Of a DNA stretch of 64,000 bases, positions 39,975 to 49,405 are shown one piece after another. A program made the translations under genes and the position numbers. Every line of letters begins with the position of its first letter. The first letter of the stretch is position 1. Below the pieces are notes generated by a model. That model was not told where the DNA came from, did not search any database, and worked only from the letters and a program-made list of their open reading frames with translations. The stretch comes from an uncultured bacterium (GTDB taxonomy: Bacteria; Methylomirabilota; Methylomirabilia; Rokubacteriales; DASRDR01), in NCBI GenBank assembly GCA_964463175.1, contig CAYXBJ010000092.1:70931-134930 (forward strand), read 5' to 3'.

Positions 39975-40727
39975 TCACTCGGCCGGGGCGTAGACGCGGA
40001 TCGACACCCGCCGGTTCTGGTCGCGGCCCTGCTTGGTCTTGTTGTCGGCCACGGGACGGATGTCTCCCAGACCGATCGACTGGATCCGGGGCATCCCGAT
40101 CCCCTTCTCGACCAAGAACCGACGGACCGACTCGGCGCGGCGCTGACTGAGCCCGATGTTGTAGGTATTGGCGCCGATGCTGTCGGTGAAGCCCTCGAGC
40201 TCCACCATCAGCTGCGGCTGCTCCTCGAGCTCCTTGACGAGCTGGAGGAGCCGCGTCTGCGCGCCGTCGTTCAGCAGCCACTTGTCGAACTCGAACTGCA
40301 CCGCCACCGTCTCCGTGAGCGTGCGCTTGTCGCGGCTCGCCCACAGCCGGGTCAAGCGCTGATCGGTCTCGCTCGCCTTGGCGAGCGCTTCCTTCGCTGT
40401 GGTGTCGGCCGCGTCCGCCTGCGTCGCCGCGGCGGTCGCCTTCGCGCCGGCGTCGTCCGCCTTGCTCGCCGCCTCGCCGGCAGCCGTCGCCGCCGCCGCC
40501 GCCTTGCCCGCCGCTGCCTCGGCCGCCGCGCGCGTCTCGCCGAGATCCCGCTGGAGCCCCTCGACCCGGCTCTTCTCGTCGCCGAGCGCAGTGTCGACGC
40601 GACCAACGTCGGCGCCGGTCTTCTCCTGACTCTTGGCGACCTCGTCCTGGACGAACTTCTTCGTGGCGCAGCCCGTCACGAGCAGGGCGCCGCCGAGGAG
40701 CCCACCGATCACCATCCGCCGCACCAT
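39975..40727 (-). CDS. OmpA-family lipoprotein (peptidoglycan-associated)
   Basis: Internal ATG. Lipobox LLVTGC. Ala-rich low-complexity linker. C-terminal OmpA domain (FEFDKWLL...NIGLSQRRAESVRRFL...GLGDIRPVADN...NRRVSIRV). Confidence 0.8.
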   Translation of the reverse strand: MVRRMVIGGLLGGALLVTGCATKKFVQDEVAKSQEKTGADVGRVDTALGDEKSRVEGLQRDLGETRAAAEAAAGKAAAAATAAGEAASKADDAGAKATAAATQADAADTTAKEALAKASETDQRLTRLWASRDKRTLTETVAVQFEFDKWLLNDGAQTRLLQLVKELEEQPQLMVELEGFTDSIGANTYNIGLSQRRAESVRRFLVEKGIGMPRIQSIGLGDIRPVADNKTKQGRDQNRRVSIRVYAPAE

Positions 40728-41048
40728 CGCCGCGCCCCCTCTTCCGTCCGGAGTCTCGCTGATCGCCCTGCGCCGGCCGCGCCAGCGCGCCCAAGTGTAC
40801 CCGAATTGCCAAGTCCTGCGCCCGGTGGCAGCCCCGCCCGGACACCGGGCCGGGAGCACGGGCAGACGCCCGGCAGGCCCCGCCACCGAAGGTTCGGCGG
40901 GCCACGGCTGGCTGCCGCCGGCCCGCACAGATCGGCCCCCGGCCTCGGGAGCGCCTGATTACACCACACCCCCAGGCCGCGGGGCCAGGGTGGCCGGTTG
41001 ACCGGCCTGGCCGGCCCGGCTAGCTTCCCGGACAGGAGCCGCGCACGG

Positions 41049-42263
41049 ATGACTCGCGACAGTCGCTCGGTCTTGGCGCGCGTCTTGGCGGGCGATGTCC
41101 GCGCCGCCGAGCGCCGCCACGTCCAGTCGATGGAGAGCACCGAGGGCCTGCCGGCGCGGCCCTTCCTCGGCGGCACGAGTCTCGACGTGGACCGCGCGCT
41201 GACCGAGATCGCGGTCTTCTCCGCGATGGTGCGCTGTCTGCCGCGGGGCCCGGGATCGCTCGTCCTCGACCTGGGCGCCGGGCCCTGCTGGGTGAGCGAC
41301 TGGCTCCAGCGGCTCCGCTACCGCACCGTGTCCCTCGATCTTGCCGAGGACATGCTGGCCATCGGCCGGCACCGCCTCGCGCCCGGGAGCTGGGTCTGCG
41401 CGGGAGACATGGCCGCGCTGCCCGTGCGGGCCCACGCCGTGGATGCAGTCCTCTGCTACGGCGCGCTCCACCACGTCCCGGAGTGGACCGGCGCGCTCGT
41501 CGAGATGCACCGGGTGCTGAAGGACGGCGGCGTACTCGTGCTCCAGGAGCCGGGCCGGGGGCACGCGGCGCAGGCGCACTCCATCGCCCAGATGGAGCAA
41601 TTCGGCGTCCTCGAGCAGGATCTACCGCCGCGACAGCTCGCGCGCGCGTGCCTCCGGGCGGGCTTCTCGCGGGTCGCCGTCCGCCCGGTCGCGCTGCTCT
41701 CCGGGGGGCGGAGCCGCATCCTGCCCCCCTACGCGCTCTGGCGCGCGGCGCCGCGCGTGTTCCTCCACAAGCGGCTCCAGCGGCTCTGGGCCACGCTCAC
41801 CGAGCGGCTTCTCAATCTGGTGAGCCCGATGCACATCGTCGTGGCCGCGAAGGGCACGCCGTGGGCCGATTCCCGGCGGCCGGAAACGCTCCTCGCGCGC
41901 TTCCGCGAGGTCGACTGTCCGACGACCCTCCGGGTCGGCATCCCCGCGGCGTTCCGGGTGCGCGTCCAGAACACGGGGCAGACGCGCTGGATCGCGGCGG
42001 CCGAGCCGTCCGGCGTGGGACAGGTGCGGCTCGGGCTGTCGCTCCTCGAGGCCGACGGCCGGCTTCGCCAGCTGGACTTCGGACGCTCCGATCTGTCCCG
42101 GGACGTCGCGCCGGGCGAGGAGATCCGGATCGAGGGCGCGGTCCCGCCGCTCCCGGAAGCCGGCCGCTACGTGGTCCGCTTCGATCTGGTGGCCGAGGGC
42201 GTCAGCTGGTTCGGGGACCGCGGAACGATTCCCCGCGCGGTGCCGGTCGTCGTCACGCCCTGA
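41049..42263 (+). CDS. class I SAM-dependent methyltransferase with a ~170-aa C-terminal extension
   Basis: Motif I VLDLGAGPCWVS. Post-I acidic residue. Motif-II-like AVDAVLCYGALHH. The track start at 40998 is TTG, and the ATG at 41049 has an upstream AGGAG. Confidence 0.7.
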   Translation: MTRDSRSVLARVLAGDVRAAERRHVQSMESTEGLPARPFLGGTSLDVDRALTEIAVFSAMVRCLPRGPGSLVLDLGAGPCWVSDWLQRLRYRTVSLDLAEDMLAIGRHRLAPGSWVCAGDMAALPVRAHAVDAVLCYGALHHVPEWTGALVEMHRVLKDGGVLVLQEPGRGHAAQAHSIAQMEQFGVLEQDLPPRQLARACLRAGFSRVAVRPVALLSGGRSRILPPYALWRAAPRVFLHKRLQRLWATLTERLLNLVSPMHIVVAAKGTPWADSRRPETLLARFREVDCPTTLRVGIPAAFRVRVQNTGQTRWIAAAEPSGVGQVRLGLSLLEADGRLRQLDFGRSDLSRDVAPGEEIRIEGAVPPLPEAGRYVVRFDLVAEGVSWFGDRGTIPRAVPVVVTP

Positions 42264-42294
42264 GCCGGGCGACGCGGCCCCGGCCGAGACCCGC

Positions 42295-42555
42295 TCAGTA
42301 GCCCTCGCGCCGCGCCGCCCGCATTTCCTCGGCAGCCCGGATCTCGTCGGCGTACATCCCTACCTGGAGCGGACACGGCGGCTCGTTCGCGTCGACGTAC
42401 TGGCAGTCGGCCTGGTTGCACTGGACGAAGTAGCCCGTCGGGCGCGTCAGGTGCTTCGGCCGGGTGAGCCGGATGAGCACGGCCTCGGACACGACGGGAC
42501 ACCAGAACTCGCGGGGACGGGTGGCGCGCACAACGCCGCGAGGATAGCACACCAC
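42295..42555 (-). CDS. small Cys-rich hypothetical protein
   Basis: 86 aa with seven Cys. No recognised family. Start uncertain. Confidence 0.25.
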   Translation of the reverse strand: MVCYPRGVVRATRPREFWCPVVSEAVLIRLTRPKHLTRPTGYFVQCNQADCQYVDANEPPCPLQVGMYADEIRAAEEMRAARREGY

Positions 42556-42580
42556 CGGCGCGCGCGGGCGGGCCCGGCGG

Positions 42581-43525
42581 CTATCCGCCGGCCACGCCCT
42601 GCGTGTTCACGTAGAGCGCGTAGAGACCGTGGCTCGCCGCCATGAAGAGCCGGTTTCGATGGCGGCCGCCGAAGCACACGTTGGCGCAGCGCTCGGGGAG
42701 ATCGACGTGCCCGATCGGCTGGCCGCTCGGCGCGAAGATCCGCACGCCGTCCAGCCCGGGCTCGCCCATGCCCCAGCCGCACCACAGATTGCCGTCGACG
42801 TCGACGCGGAACCCATCCGGCGAGCCGCCGGGCCCGGCGTCGATCAGCACCGTGCCCGGTCCGAGCTTGGTGCCGCCCGCGCGCACGTCGTAGGCCAGGA
42901 TCGTCCGGTGCGGCGTCGCGCGCGAGGCGACCACGTAGAGCGTCTTCTCGTCCGGCGAGAAGGCGAGGCCGTTCGGCCCCGGGATGTCGTCGGCCATCAC
43001 CGCCAGCTGGCCGGTCTGCCCGTCCAGGCGATAGACCGCGGGCGTGTTCTCCGACTCGTCCTTGTGCCCCTCGTAGTACCCGAGAATCCCGAACACGGGG
43101 TCCGTGAACCAGATCGCGCCGTCCCGGGCGACAACGACGTCGTTCGGCGAGTTGAGCTTCCGCCCGCGATAGGCGTCTGCGAGCACCGTGAGGCTGCCGT
43201 CGTACTCCGTCCGCGTTACGCGCCGCGCGTCATGCTCGCACGTCACGAGGCGCCCCTGGCGATCGCGCGTGTTCCCGTTCGCGTTGTTGGAGGGCTTCCG
43301 GAACACCGACACCGCTCCGGTCTCCTCGTCCCACCGGAGGATCCGGTTGTTCGGGATGTCGCTCCACAGAAGATACCGCGCGTCGCCGAACCAGATGGGG
43401 CCCTCGGACCACCGGCACCCCGTGAACAGCCGCTCGACGGAGGCCAGCGCGAGCCGGTACTGGTCGAAGGTGGAGTCCAGCACGCGCACGGCCGGGTCGG
43501 GATAACGCTCGCTCGGCTGCCACAT
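42581..43525 (-). CDS. SMP-30/gluconolactonase/LRE family protein
   Basis: Internal ATG (MWQPSERYPDP). Six-bladed propeller signatures (EGPIW, NDVVVARDGAIWFTDP, PNGLAFSPDEKTLYV, PDGFRVDVDGNLW). Confidence 0.8.
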   Translation of the reverse strand: MWQPSERYPDPAVRVLDSTFDQYRLALASVERLFTGCRWSEGPIWFGDARYLLWSDIPNNRILRWDEETGAVSVFRKPSNNANGNTRDRQGRLVTCEHDARRVTRTEYDGSLTVLADAYRGRKLNSPNDVVVARDGAIWFTDPVFGILGYYEGHKDESENTPAVYRLDGQTGQLAVMADDIPGPNGLAFSPDEKTLYVVASRATPHRTILAYDVRAGGTKLGPGTVLIDAGPGGSPDGFRVDVDGNLWCGWGMGEPGLDGVRIFAPSGQPIGHVDLPERCANVCFGGRHRNRLFMAASHGLYALYVNTQGVAGG

Positions 43526-43857
43526 GATGTCGTCTCCGTGATTACGGGCGGCCCGGCAGCAACGCCGGGGGGCAGGACTTGACCAGCAGGAGCTCATCGG
43601 CGCCCCACGCCATCGAGGCCACCATGGACGCGAGCGTGCGGGCGCAAAGCCAGTACGGCCACCATCGCCGACGCATGGTCCGTCCCTCCTTGGAGTGGGC
43701 GCCGATCAGAGGTCGTGACGATCCCCGCCATTCAATAGCGCCGACGGCCCGCGGGTCAAGGCGCGCGCGGACACCCGGGGCGAGGCTCTTTGACGGGCGC
43801 GGGCGACGCGGCCGGCCCCTCGAATCGGGGGGGCCCCCGGTGTAGGCTCGGGTCCAC

Positions 43858-44283
43858 ATGTGCATGCGCCGGATCCTCCTCCTGCTCGTGTTCGCCACCA
43901 GCGTGGGCTGTGGCGGGAATGGCGGCACGCTCGCCGAGACGGTGCCACTCCGGACGGACGTCGAATGGCAGCTCGAGAGTCTCACGCCGCCCTCGGGATC
44001 GGCCGCGTCACCGACGGATCCGAGTCTCTACACGGTGCGGTTCGGCGGGAATGGCGCGCTTACCGCCCGGGCCGACTGTAACCGCTGTGCCGGTCCCTAT
44101 CGGGTCGCGGGCGCCACGCTGACGATCGGCCCGCTCGCGTGCACCCTCGCCGCCTGCCCGCTGCCGACGCTGGGCGATCAGTTCACCGCGGCGCTCGGCG
44201 GCGCGTCGAGCTACGTCCAGATGCCCCGGGAGCTGGTTCTCACCGGCGACAGCGGGACGCTTCGCTTCCAACCGCGGCTGTAG
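43858..44283 (+). CDS. META domain (HslJ/DUF306-like) lipoprotein
   Basis: Lipobox LVFATSVGC. W.LESL...TVRFGGNG.LTARADCNRCAGPY...TLTIGPLACT pattern of META domains. Confidence 0.6.
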   Translation: MCMRRILLLLVFATSVGCGGNGGTLAETVPLRTDVEWQLESLTPPSGSAASPTDPSLYTVRFGGNGALTARADCNRCAGPYRVAGATLTIGPLACTLAACPLPTLGDQFTAALGGASSYVQMPRELVLTGDSGTLRFQPRL

Positions 44284-44307
44284 GGCCCCCGGCCGCTCGG
44301 CCGGAAG

Positions 44308-45249
44308 TCAAGCGTCGCGGAACACGTCCGTGCTGAGGTAGCGCAGCCCGGAGTCCACCACGATCGTCGCGACGGTGGCCTCGGGGCCCAACCGCGCCGC
44401 GAGCCGCAGGGCCGCCGCCACGTTCGCGCCCGTCGAGGGGCCGGCGAAGATCGCCTCCTCCCTCGCCAGGCGCCGGGCCATCGCCTTGGCGTCGTCCGTG
44501 GACACGGCCAGGATCTCGTCGACCTCCGCCGGCGTCCAGAGCGGCGGGATGAACCCGATCCCGATGCCCTCGATCTTGTGCGAGCCCGACGATCCGCCGG
44601 ACAGGACGGCCGACTCGGCGGGCTCCACCGCCACCACGCGGATACGCGGGTCATGGCGCCGGAGCGCCCGGGCCGTGCCGTGAATGGAGTGGGCGGTGCT
44701 CACCGCGTGCACGAACACGTCGACGCGCCCGCCGGTCTGCGCCCAGAGCTCCTCGCCGAGCGCGTGATAGCCCGCCTCGCCGTCCTGGTTGTTGAGCTGA
44801 TCCGCCCACCAGTGTCCCGGGCGCCGGGCGAGCTCCCCCGCCGTCGCGATCATCCGCTTGATCAGCTGCTCGGTGATCCGGCCATGATCGCTCGGCACGT
44901 CGGTTATCTCGCCGCCGTAGGCCCGCATGGTGTACCGCTTCTCGTCGGCGAACGCATCCGAGAAGACGAAGTGCGACTTGAAGCCCAGCGCGCTGCAGAC
45001 GAGGGCGATCGAGATCCCGGTCGTCCCGGCGGTGTACTCGACGACCGTGCCGCCCGGCGCCAGTCGTCCGCGCGCCGCCGCGCGCTCCACGATCGCGCGC
45101 GCCATCCGATCCTTCATGCTGCCAGTCGGATTCGCGGACTCGAGCTTTGCGACCACCCGCGCGCCGCCGCGCGGCGCCAGGCGCCGGAGCTCCACCAGCG
45201 GCGTGTTTCCGATCGCATCCAGCACGCTCTTCGGCGTCCCCACCGACAT
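44308..45249 (-). CDS. cysteine synthase family PLP-dependent enzyme (CysK/CysM/CBS-like)
   Basis: Internal ATG (MSVGTPKSV). PLP lysine motif NPTGSMKDRMA. TAGTTGI and GIGIGF motifs. Confidence 0.85.
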   Translation of the reverse strand: MSVGTPKSVLDAIGNTPLVELRRLAPRGGARVVAKLESANPTGSMKDRMARAIVERAAARGRLAPGGTVVEYTAGTTGISIALVCSALGFKSHFVFSDAFADEKRYTMRAYGGEITDVPSDHGRITEQLIKRMIATAGELARRPGHWWADQLNNQDGEAGYHALGEELWAQTGGRVDVFVHAVSTAHSIHGTARALRRHDPRIRVVAVEPAESAVLSGGSSGSHKIEGIGIGFIPPLWTPAEVDEILAVSTDDAKAMARRLAREEAIFAGPSTGANVAAALRLAARLGPEATVATIVVDSGLRYLSTDVFRDA

Positions 45250-45459
45250 CCCTCCACGTCGGCCCCGCGCGTCGGGCGCGCGCGAGCCGGCCGCGCTTTC
45301 GACCGCCGCTCGCGGCCGGGTTCCCACGTCGTGCCGGTAGTGTACGCGATGCGGGTGGACGCTGGCCGGGCGACCCGCCTTGTGACTCCGCATGGATCAG
45401 CGGGACAATCGTTGGGCCGGACGGCGGCCGCCCGCCGGAGTCCGGCGAGGGAGGTCCGC

Positions 45460-45957
45460 ATGGCCGAGCGCAAGGAACCGCCGGCGTCGACGATCGGTGG
45501 GGACGCGGGCGATGTGAGCACCGGTGAGGTGATCATCCGTCAGGGCGGGGCGCGGTCCGTCGCCGCTCGCGACGTCGTGATCCGGCAAGGCGGCGCCGTG
45601 CGCGTCGCGGCGCAGGATGTCCGGGTGACGCAGGGCGGCGTCGTCCTGGCCTCGACGGGCGCGCTCGACGTCACCGCCGGCGGGGTCGTGGCGGCGATCG
45701 CCGACACGGTCGATCTCGGGCAGAGCTGGGCGCACGTGGTCGTGGCCCGCGACTCAGCCCATCTGGATCAGGCGGCCGGCGGGCTCGTCGTCGCCAGGAC
45801 CGTCGAGGCGCGAGACAGCGCCGTCGGGTTCGTCCTCGCGCGCGAGTTCCGGGGCGAGGGCGTGCGGGTGCTCATCGGCCCGCGGGCGGCGCTGGCGCTG
45901 GGCGCGGGGCTCGGCCTCGGGCTCGCGCTGGTCGCGGCCTGGCGACGGCGGCGCTGA
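45460..45957 (+). CDS. hypothetical Gly-rich beta-helix-like repeat protein with C-terminal hydrophobic anchor
   Basis: ATG preceded by GAGGGAGG. Tandem ~18-aa degenerate repeats (V.IRQGGA.RVAA.D). C-terminal LALGAGLGLGLALVAAW. Confidence 0.45.
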   Translation: MAERKEPPASTIGGDAGDVSTGEVIIRQGGARSVAARDVVIRQGGAVRVAAQDVRVTQGGVVLASTGALDVTAGGVVAAIADTVDLGQSWAHVVVARDSAHLDQAAGGLVVARTVEARDSAVGFVLAREFRGEGVRVLIGPRAALALGAGLGLGLALVAAWRRRR

Positions 45958-46036
45958 GGGTGGCGCCACGCCGGGCGTCGCGCGCCCGTGGCCGCGGAGT
46001 CGTCGGCCACCGCACATCCGCGCCGAGGAGGCTCGC

Positions 46037-47515
46037 GTGACTGACATCGATCCCTTCGCCACCGCCACCGAGCTCCTGGCCGCGCTCCGCGCCGGCCAGG
46101 TGACGGCCCTCGAGCTGACCGAGCTCTACATTCGCCGGATCGAGCGCTACGACACGCGCCTCAACGCGGTGGTGGTCCGCGACTTCGAGCGGGCGCGCCA
46201 TCAGGCGCGGGCCGCCGATCGAGCCGCCGCGCGTGGCGAGCCCGGCGCGCTCCTCGGCCTCCCCATGACGATCAAGGAATCGTTCAACGTCACCGGCCTG
46301 CCGACGACCTGCGGCGTACCGGAGTGGCGGGACTTCGTCTCCCAGCACGACGCCCCCGCCGTCGCGCGGACGCGCGAGGCCGGCGCAGTCCTCTTGGGCA
46401 AGACGAACGTCCCGCCGATGCTGGCCGACTGGCAGTCCGCCAACCCCATCCACGGGCGGACCAACAACCCCTGGGATCTCGGGCGCACACCGGGCGGGTC
46501 GAGCGGCGGCAGCGCGGCGGCCATCGCGGCGGGACTGGGCGCCCTCGAGGTGGGGAGTGACATCGGCGGGTCCATCCGCGTGCCCGCCGCCTTCTGCGGC
46601 GTCTACGGGCATCGGCCCAGCGAGACGCTCCTGCCGAAGAGCGGGCAATTCCCCTTGCCGCCGCTGCCCAACTCGGTCGGCGTCATGGCCGTGCAGGGCC
46701 CGATCGCCCGCAGCGCCGAGGACCTCGAGCTGGCCCTCTCCGTCCTCGCGGGCCCGGACGTCGGCGAGGACGTCGCCTGGCGCGTCGCGCTCCCGCCGCC
46801 CCGCCACGACCGGCTCGCCGACTTCCGTGTGGCCGTGCTCCCCGCCATCCCGTGGCTCGTCGTGGACGACGCCATCACGCAGACGCTCCAGGAGCTCGTG
46901 GCGCGCCTGGGACGCCTGGGGGCCACCGTAAAGGAGGCCCAGCCGGACGGATTCGGCGACCATCGCGCGCATCACCAGCTCTACCGGTCCCTGCTCGCCG
47001 CGATGACGAGCGCGCGGGAGACCGCCGAGGGGCGCGAAAAGCGGATCGCCTTCTGGCGGGAGGCTCCCGACGAGTTCTCCCGCGCCCACCTGCGCGGCCT
47101 CGCCGGCGCTCCCGGCGACTTCGTCTTCTGGGGCGCGCAACGCGAAGGGTTCCGCCAGGCGTGGCGCGCCTTCTTCCGCGACTGGGACGTGCTCCTCGCG
47201 CCCGCCATCAACGTGCTCGCGTACCCGCACATCGCGCGGCCCTGGCCCGCGGAGGACCCGGACGATCTCCGGCTCACGTTCGACGTGAACGGCCGCGCCG
47301 TCCCCTACATGCACGGCCTCGTCCATCCCGCGCTGTCGACGGTGGCCGGGCAGCCGGCGACGGCCTTCCCGGTCGGGATCTCGCGCGGCGGGCTGCCGAT
47401 CGGGCTCCAGGCGATCGGCCCGTACCTGGAGGACCTCACGCCGCTCCGATTCGCCGCGCTCCTGGCCCGCGAGATCGGCGGGTTCCGCAAGCCGCCGGGG
47501 TACGACGCGAGCTGA
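46037..47515 (+). CDS. amidase (amidase-signature family)
   Basis: 492 aa. AS signature GGSSGGSAAAIAAG and catalytic Ser-cisSer-Lys context. Confidence 0.9.
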   Translation: MTDIDPFATATELLAALRAGQVTALELTELYIRRIERYDTRLNAVVVRDFERARHQARAADRAAARGEPGALLGLPMTIKESFNVTGLPTTCGVPEWRDFVSQHDAPAVARTREAGAVLLGKTNVPPMLADWQSANPIHGRTNNPWDLGRTPGGSSGGSAAAIAAGLGALEVGSDIGGSIRVPAAFCGVYGHRPSETLLPKSGQFPLPPLPNSVGVMAVQGPIARSAEDLELALSVLAGPDVGEDVAWRVALPPPRHDRLADFRVAVLPAIPWLVVDDAITQTLQELVARLGRLGATVKEAQPDGFGDHRAHHQLYRSLLAAMTSARETAEGREKRIAFWREAPDEFSRAHLRGLAGAPGDFVFWGAQREGFRQAWRAFFRDWDVLLAPAINVLAYPHIARPWPAEDPDDLRLTFDVNGRAVPYMHGLVHPALSTVAGQPATAFPVGISRGGLPIGLQAIGPYLEDLTPLRFAALLAREIGGFRKPPGYDAS

Positions 47516-47571
47516 GCACTGGCGCTCGGCACGCCGGCAACCGACCGCTCGCGCATCCCGGCCGGCGGCGC

Positions 47572-47886
47572 TCAGGACGTCCGCGGGCCGGAGGATGCCT
47601 TGAGCCAGGGTGATCGGCACACCGGGCACGCGGCACGGCCCCGACCCCGCGGCGCCCGGCCGGGTGAGTCCCCCGGCTCGAGATCGGGCCGCGCCAGCGA
47701 TCCGAGCACCCGATGACCCAGTCGGAGCAAGACGCCGCCTAGCCAGGCGCGCACCCGGCGGCGCGGCAGTCCCGCGTCCCGGAGGAGCGCCTGGCGCGCG
47801 GCGCACCCGCGCGCCTCCGCCATGAGCTCCTCGGCCTGGAGCAGCTTCGCATCGGTCCAGACATCCCCGGTGAAGTGGCGCTTCAT
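47572..47886 (-). CDS. hypothetical small protein
   Basis: Internal ATG (MKRHFTGDVWTDAKLL). Weak, composition only. Confidence 0.2.
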   Translation of the reverse strand: MKRHFTGDVWTDAKLLQAEELMAEARGCAARQALLRDAGLPRRRVRAWLGGVLLRLGHRVLGSLARPDLEPGDSPGRAPRGRGRAACPVCRSPWLKASSGPRTS

Positions 47887-48073
47887 GCCGACGCGCACCG
47901 CGCCGGGGCCGCACGCGGGGTCTGATGGACGGCGGTCCGATCCATGCTCGACTCCCCTCGCGTGCCATCGTCCGTGTCGGGCTGGCAGCGCGCAATTACG
48001 TCGGAGGTAGCGCGGCCGCCCGCGTTGACACCCGTCGGCCGGCGTGGCACGGTCGCCGCGGAGGGCGGCGGCC

Positions 48074-49339
48074 ATGGACGAGATCGCGCGCGATCGATTC
48101 GGCAATCCCCACGCGCCGGGCTTCCCGTACGCCCGGGGGACCCTCGTCACCAGCACCCAGGATGACCTCCGGAAGCTCCGCCATGCCTGGGCGCTCATCG
48201 AAGCGCGCGTCCGGAAGGACGGGGCCGAGGCCGTCTTCAATTTCTCCGGGCTCGAGCGCAGTCTGACCGCCGCGCCGAGCGAGGTCGCGTTTCTCGACGA
48301 CGAGCTCGCCCCCGCGCTCTACGCGGACCGGGTCCGGGCCCTCGCGCTCGATCACCTCGGGGGGCGGCCCGAGCGCCACGACGTCATGCTCTTCAACCGG
48401 ATGACGGCCGCGACGCTCGCCACCCACCTGGTCCTCGTCCGGCCCGGAGACACCGTCATCGGCGTCTCCCCGAGCTACACGCACCCCACCGTCGTCCGGA
48501 GCGCCGCGCTGGCCGGTGCCCGCTTCGTCGACACGGTGGGGGCGGACGCCTTCGCCGCCGCGCTCGCCGGCGAGGAGCGCGTCGGTCTCGTCGTGCTGAC
48601 CCGCCTGGCGGTGAGCTACGACGTGCTCCCCACGGAGGCCCTCGGGCGCGTGGTCGCCCTCGCGCGGGCCCGGCGCGTGCCGGTCTATGTCGACGACGCC
48701 GGCGGCGCGGGGGTGGGCCCGGCGGTGCTCGGCCAGCCGCGGATGCTGGAGCTCGGGGTCGATGTGGGCGCGACCGGCCTCGACAAGTACGGCACGGTGG
48801 GCCCGCGCCTCGGGCTCCTCGCCGGCGAGACGAGCCTGGTGGCGCAGATCCGCGCGCGGGCTTTCGAGCTCGGGCTCGAGGCGCGGCCGATGCTCTACCC
48901 CGCCGTCCTCCGCTCGCTCGAGCAGTACACGCCCGAGCGGGTCCGCGACCTGGTCGCGACGACGATGGGGGTGGCCGACGCCCTCCAGGAGCGGCTCGGG
49001 ACCCGTGTGCACCGCACGCCGGTCACCGCCCAGCTCCGGGGCGAGGACATCCTCGAGGCCGCCCGCGAGCGCGCGGGCGTGCGCGAGCGGACGCTCGTGC
49101 CCATCGAGGCGACCGCGGCCCTGGCGATGATCCTGCTCGAGGACCACGGGATTCTCACGGTCCACTTCGCCGGCATGCCGCCGGGGACGTCGGCGATGCT
49201 CTTCAAGTTCGTCCCGCCCGAGACCCTCGCCCGCTTCGGCGGAGCCGCGGTGCTCGCCCGCGCCGTCGACGGCGCGCTCGACCGGCTCGCAGCCCTGATC
49301 GGCTCGCCGGACGCGGTGCGCGCGCTGCTCTACGGCTAG
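48074..49339 (+). CDS. hypothetical protein, possibly a PLP-dependent transferase-like fold (SelA-like)
   Basis: Internal ATG (MDEIARDRF). Globular composition. GLDKYGTVGP segment resembles the PLP-Lys region of SelA-type enzymes. Weak. Confidence 0.4.
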   Translation: MDEIARDRFGNPHAPGFPYARGTLVTSTQDDLRKLRHAWALIEARVRKDGAEAVFNFSGLERSLTAAPSEVAFLDDELAPALYADRVRALALDHLGGRPERHDVMLFNRMTAATLATHLVLVRPGDTVIGVSPSYTHPTVVRSAALAGARFVDTVGADAFAAALAGEERVGLVVLTRLAVSYDVLPTEALGRVVALARARRVPVYVDDAGGAGVGPAVLGQPRMLELGVDVGATGLDKYGTVGPRLGLLAGETSLVAQIRARAFELGLEARPMLYPAVLRSLEQYTPERVRDLVATTMGVADALQERLGTRVHRTPVTAQLRGEDILEAARERAGVRERTLVPIEATAALAMILLEDHGILTVHFAGMPPGTSAMLFKFVPPETLARFGGAAVLARAVDGALDRLAALIGSPDAVRALLYG

Positions 49340-49405
49340 CGGTCCCGGCGCAGCCCGGGGCGGTCGCCGCCCGCCGGGGGACCGCGGCGATCGGCTGCCT
49401 TCCGG

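Noticed and set aside
40380-40560. Short tandem repeat / possible repetitive element in DNA (gcc/gcg-rich run)
   Set aside because: It encodes the Ala-rich low-complexity linker (AAAGKAAAAATAAGEAASKADDAGAKATAAATQADAAD) between the lipobox and the OmpA domain of a single coherent ORF. It is a protein linker, not a mobile or CRISPR repeat.
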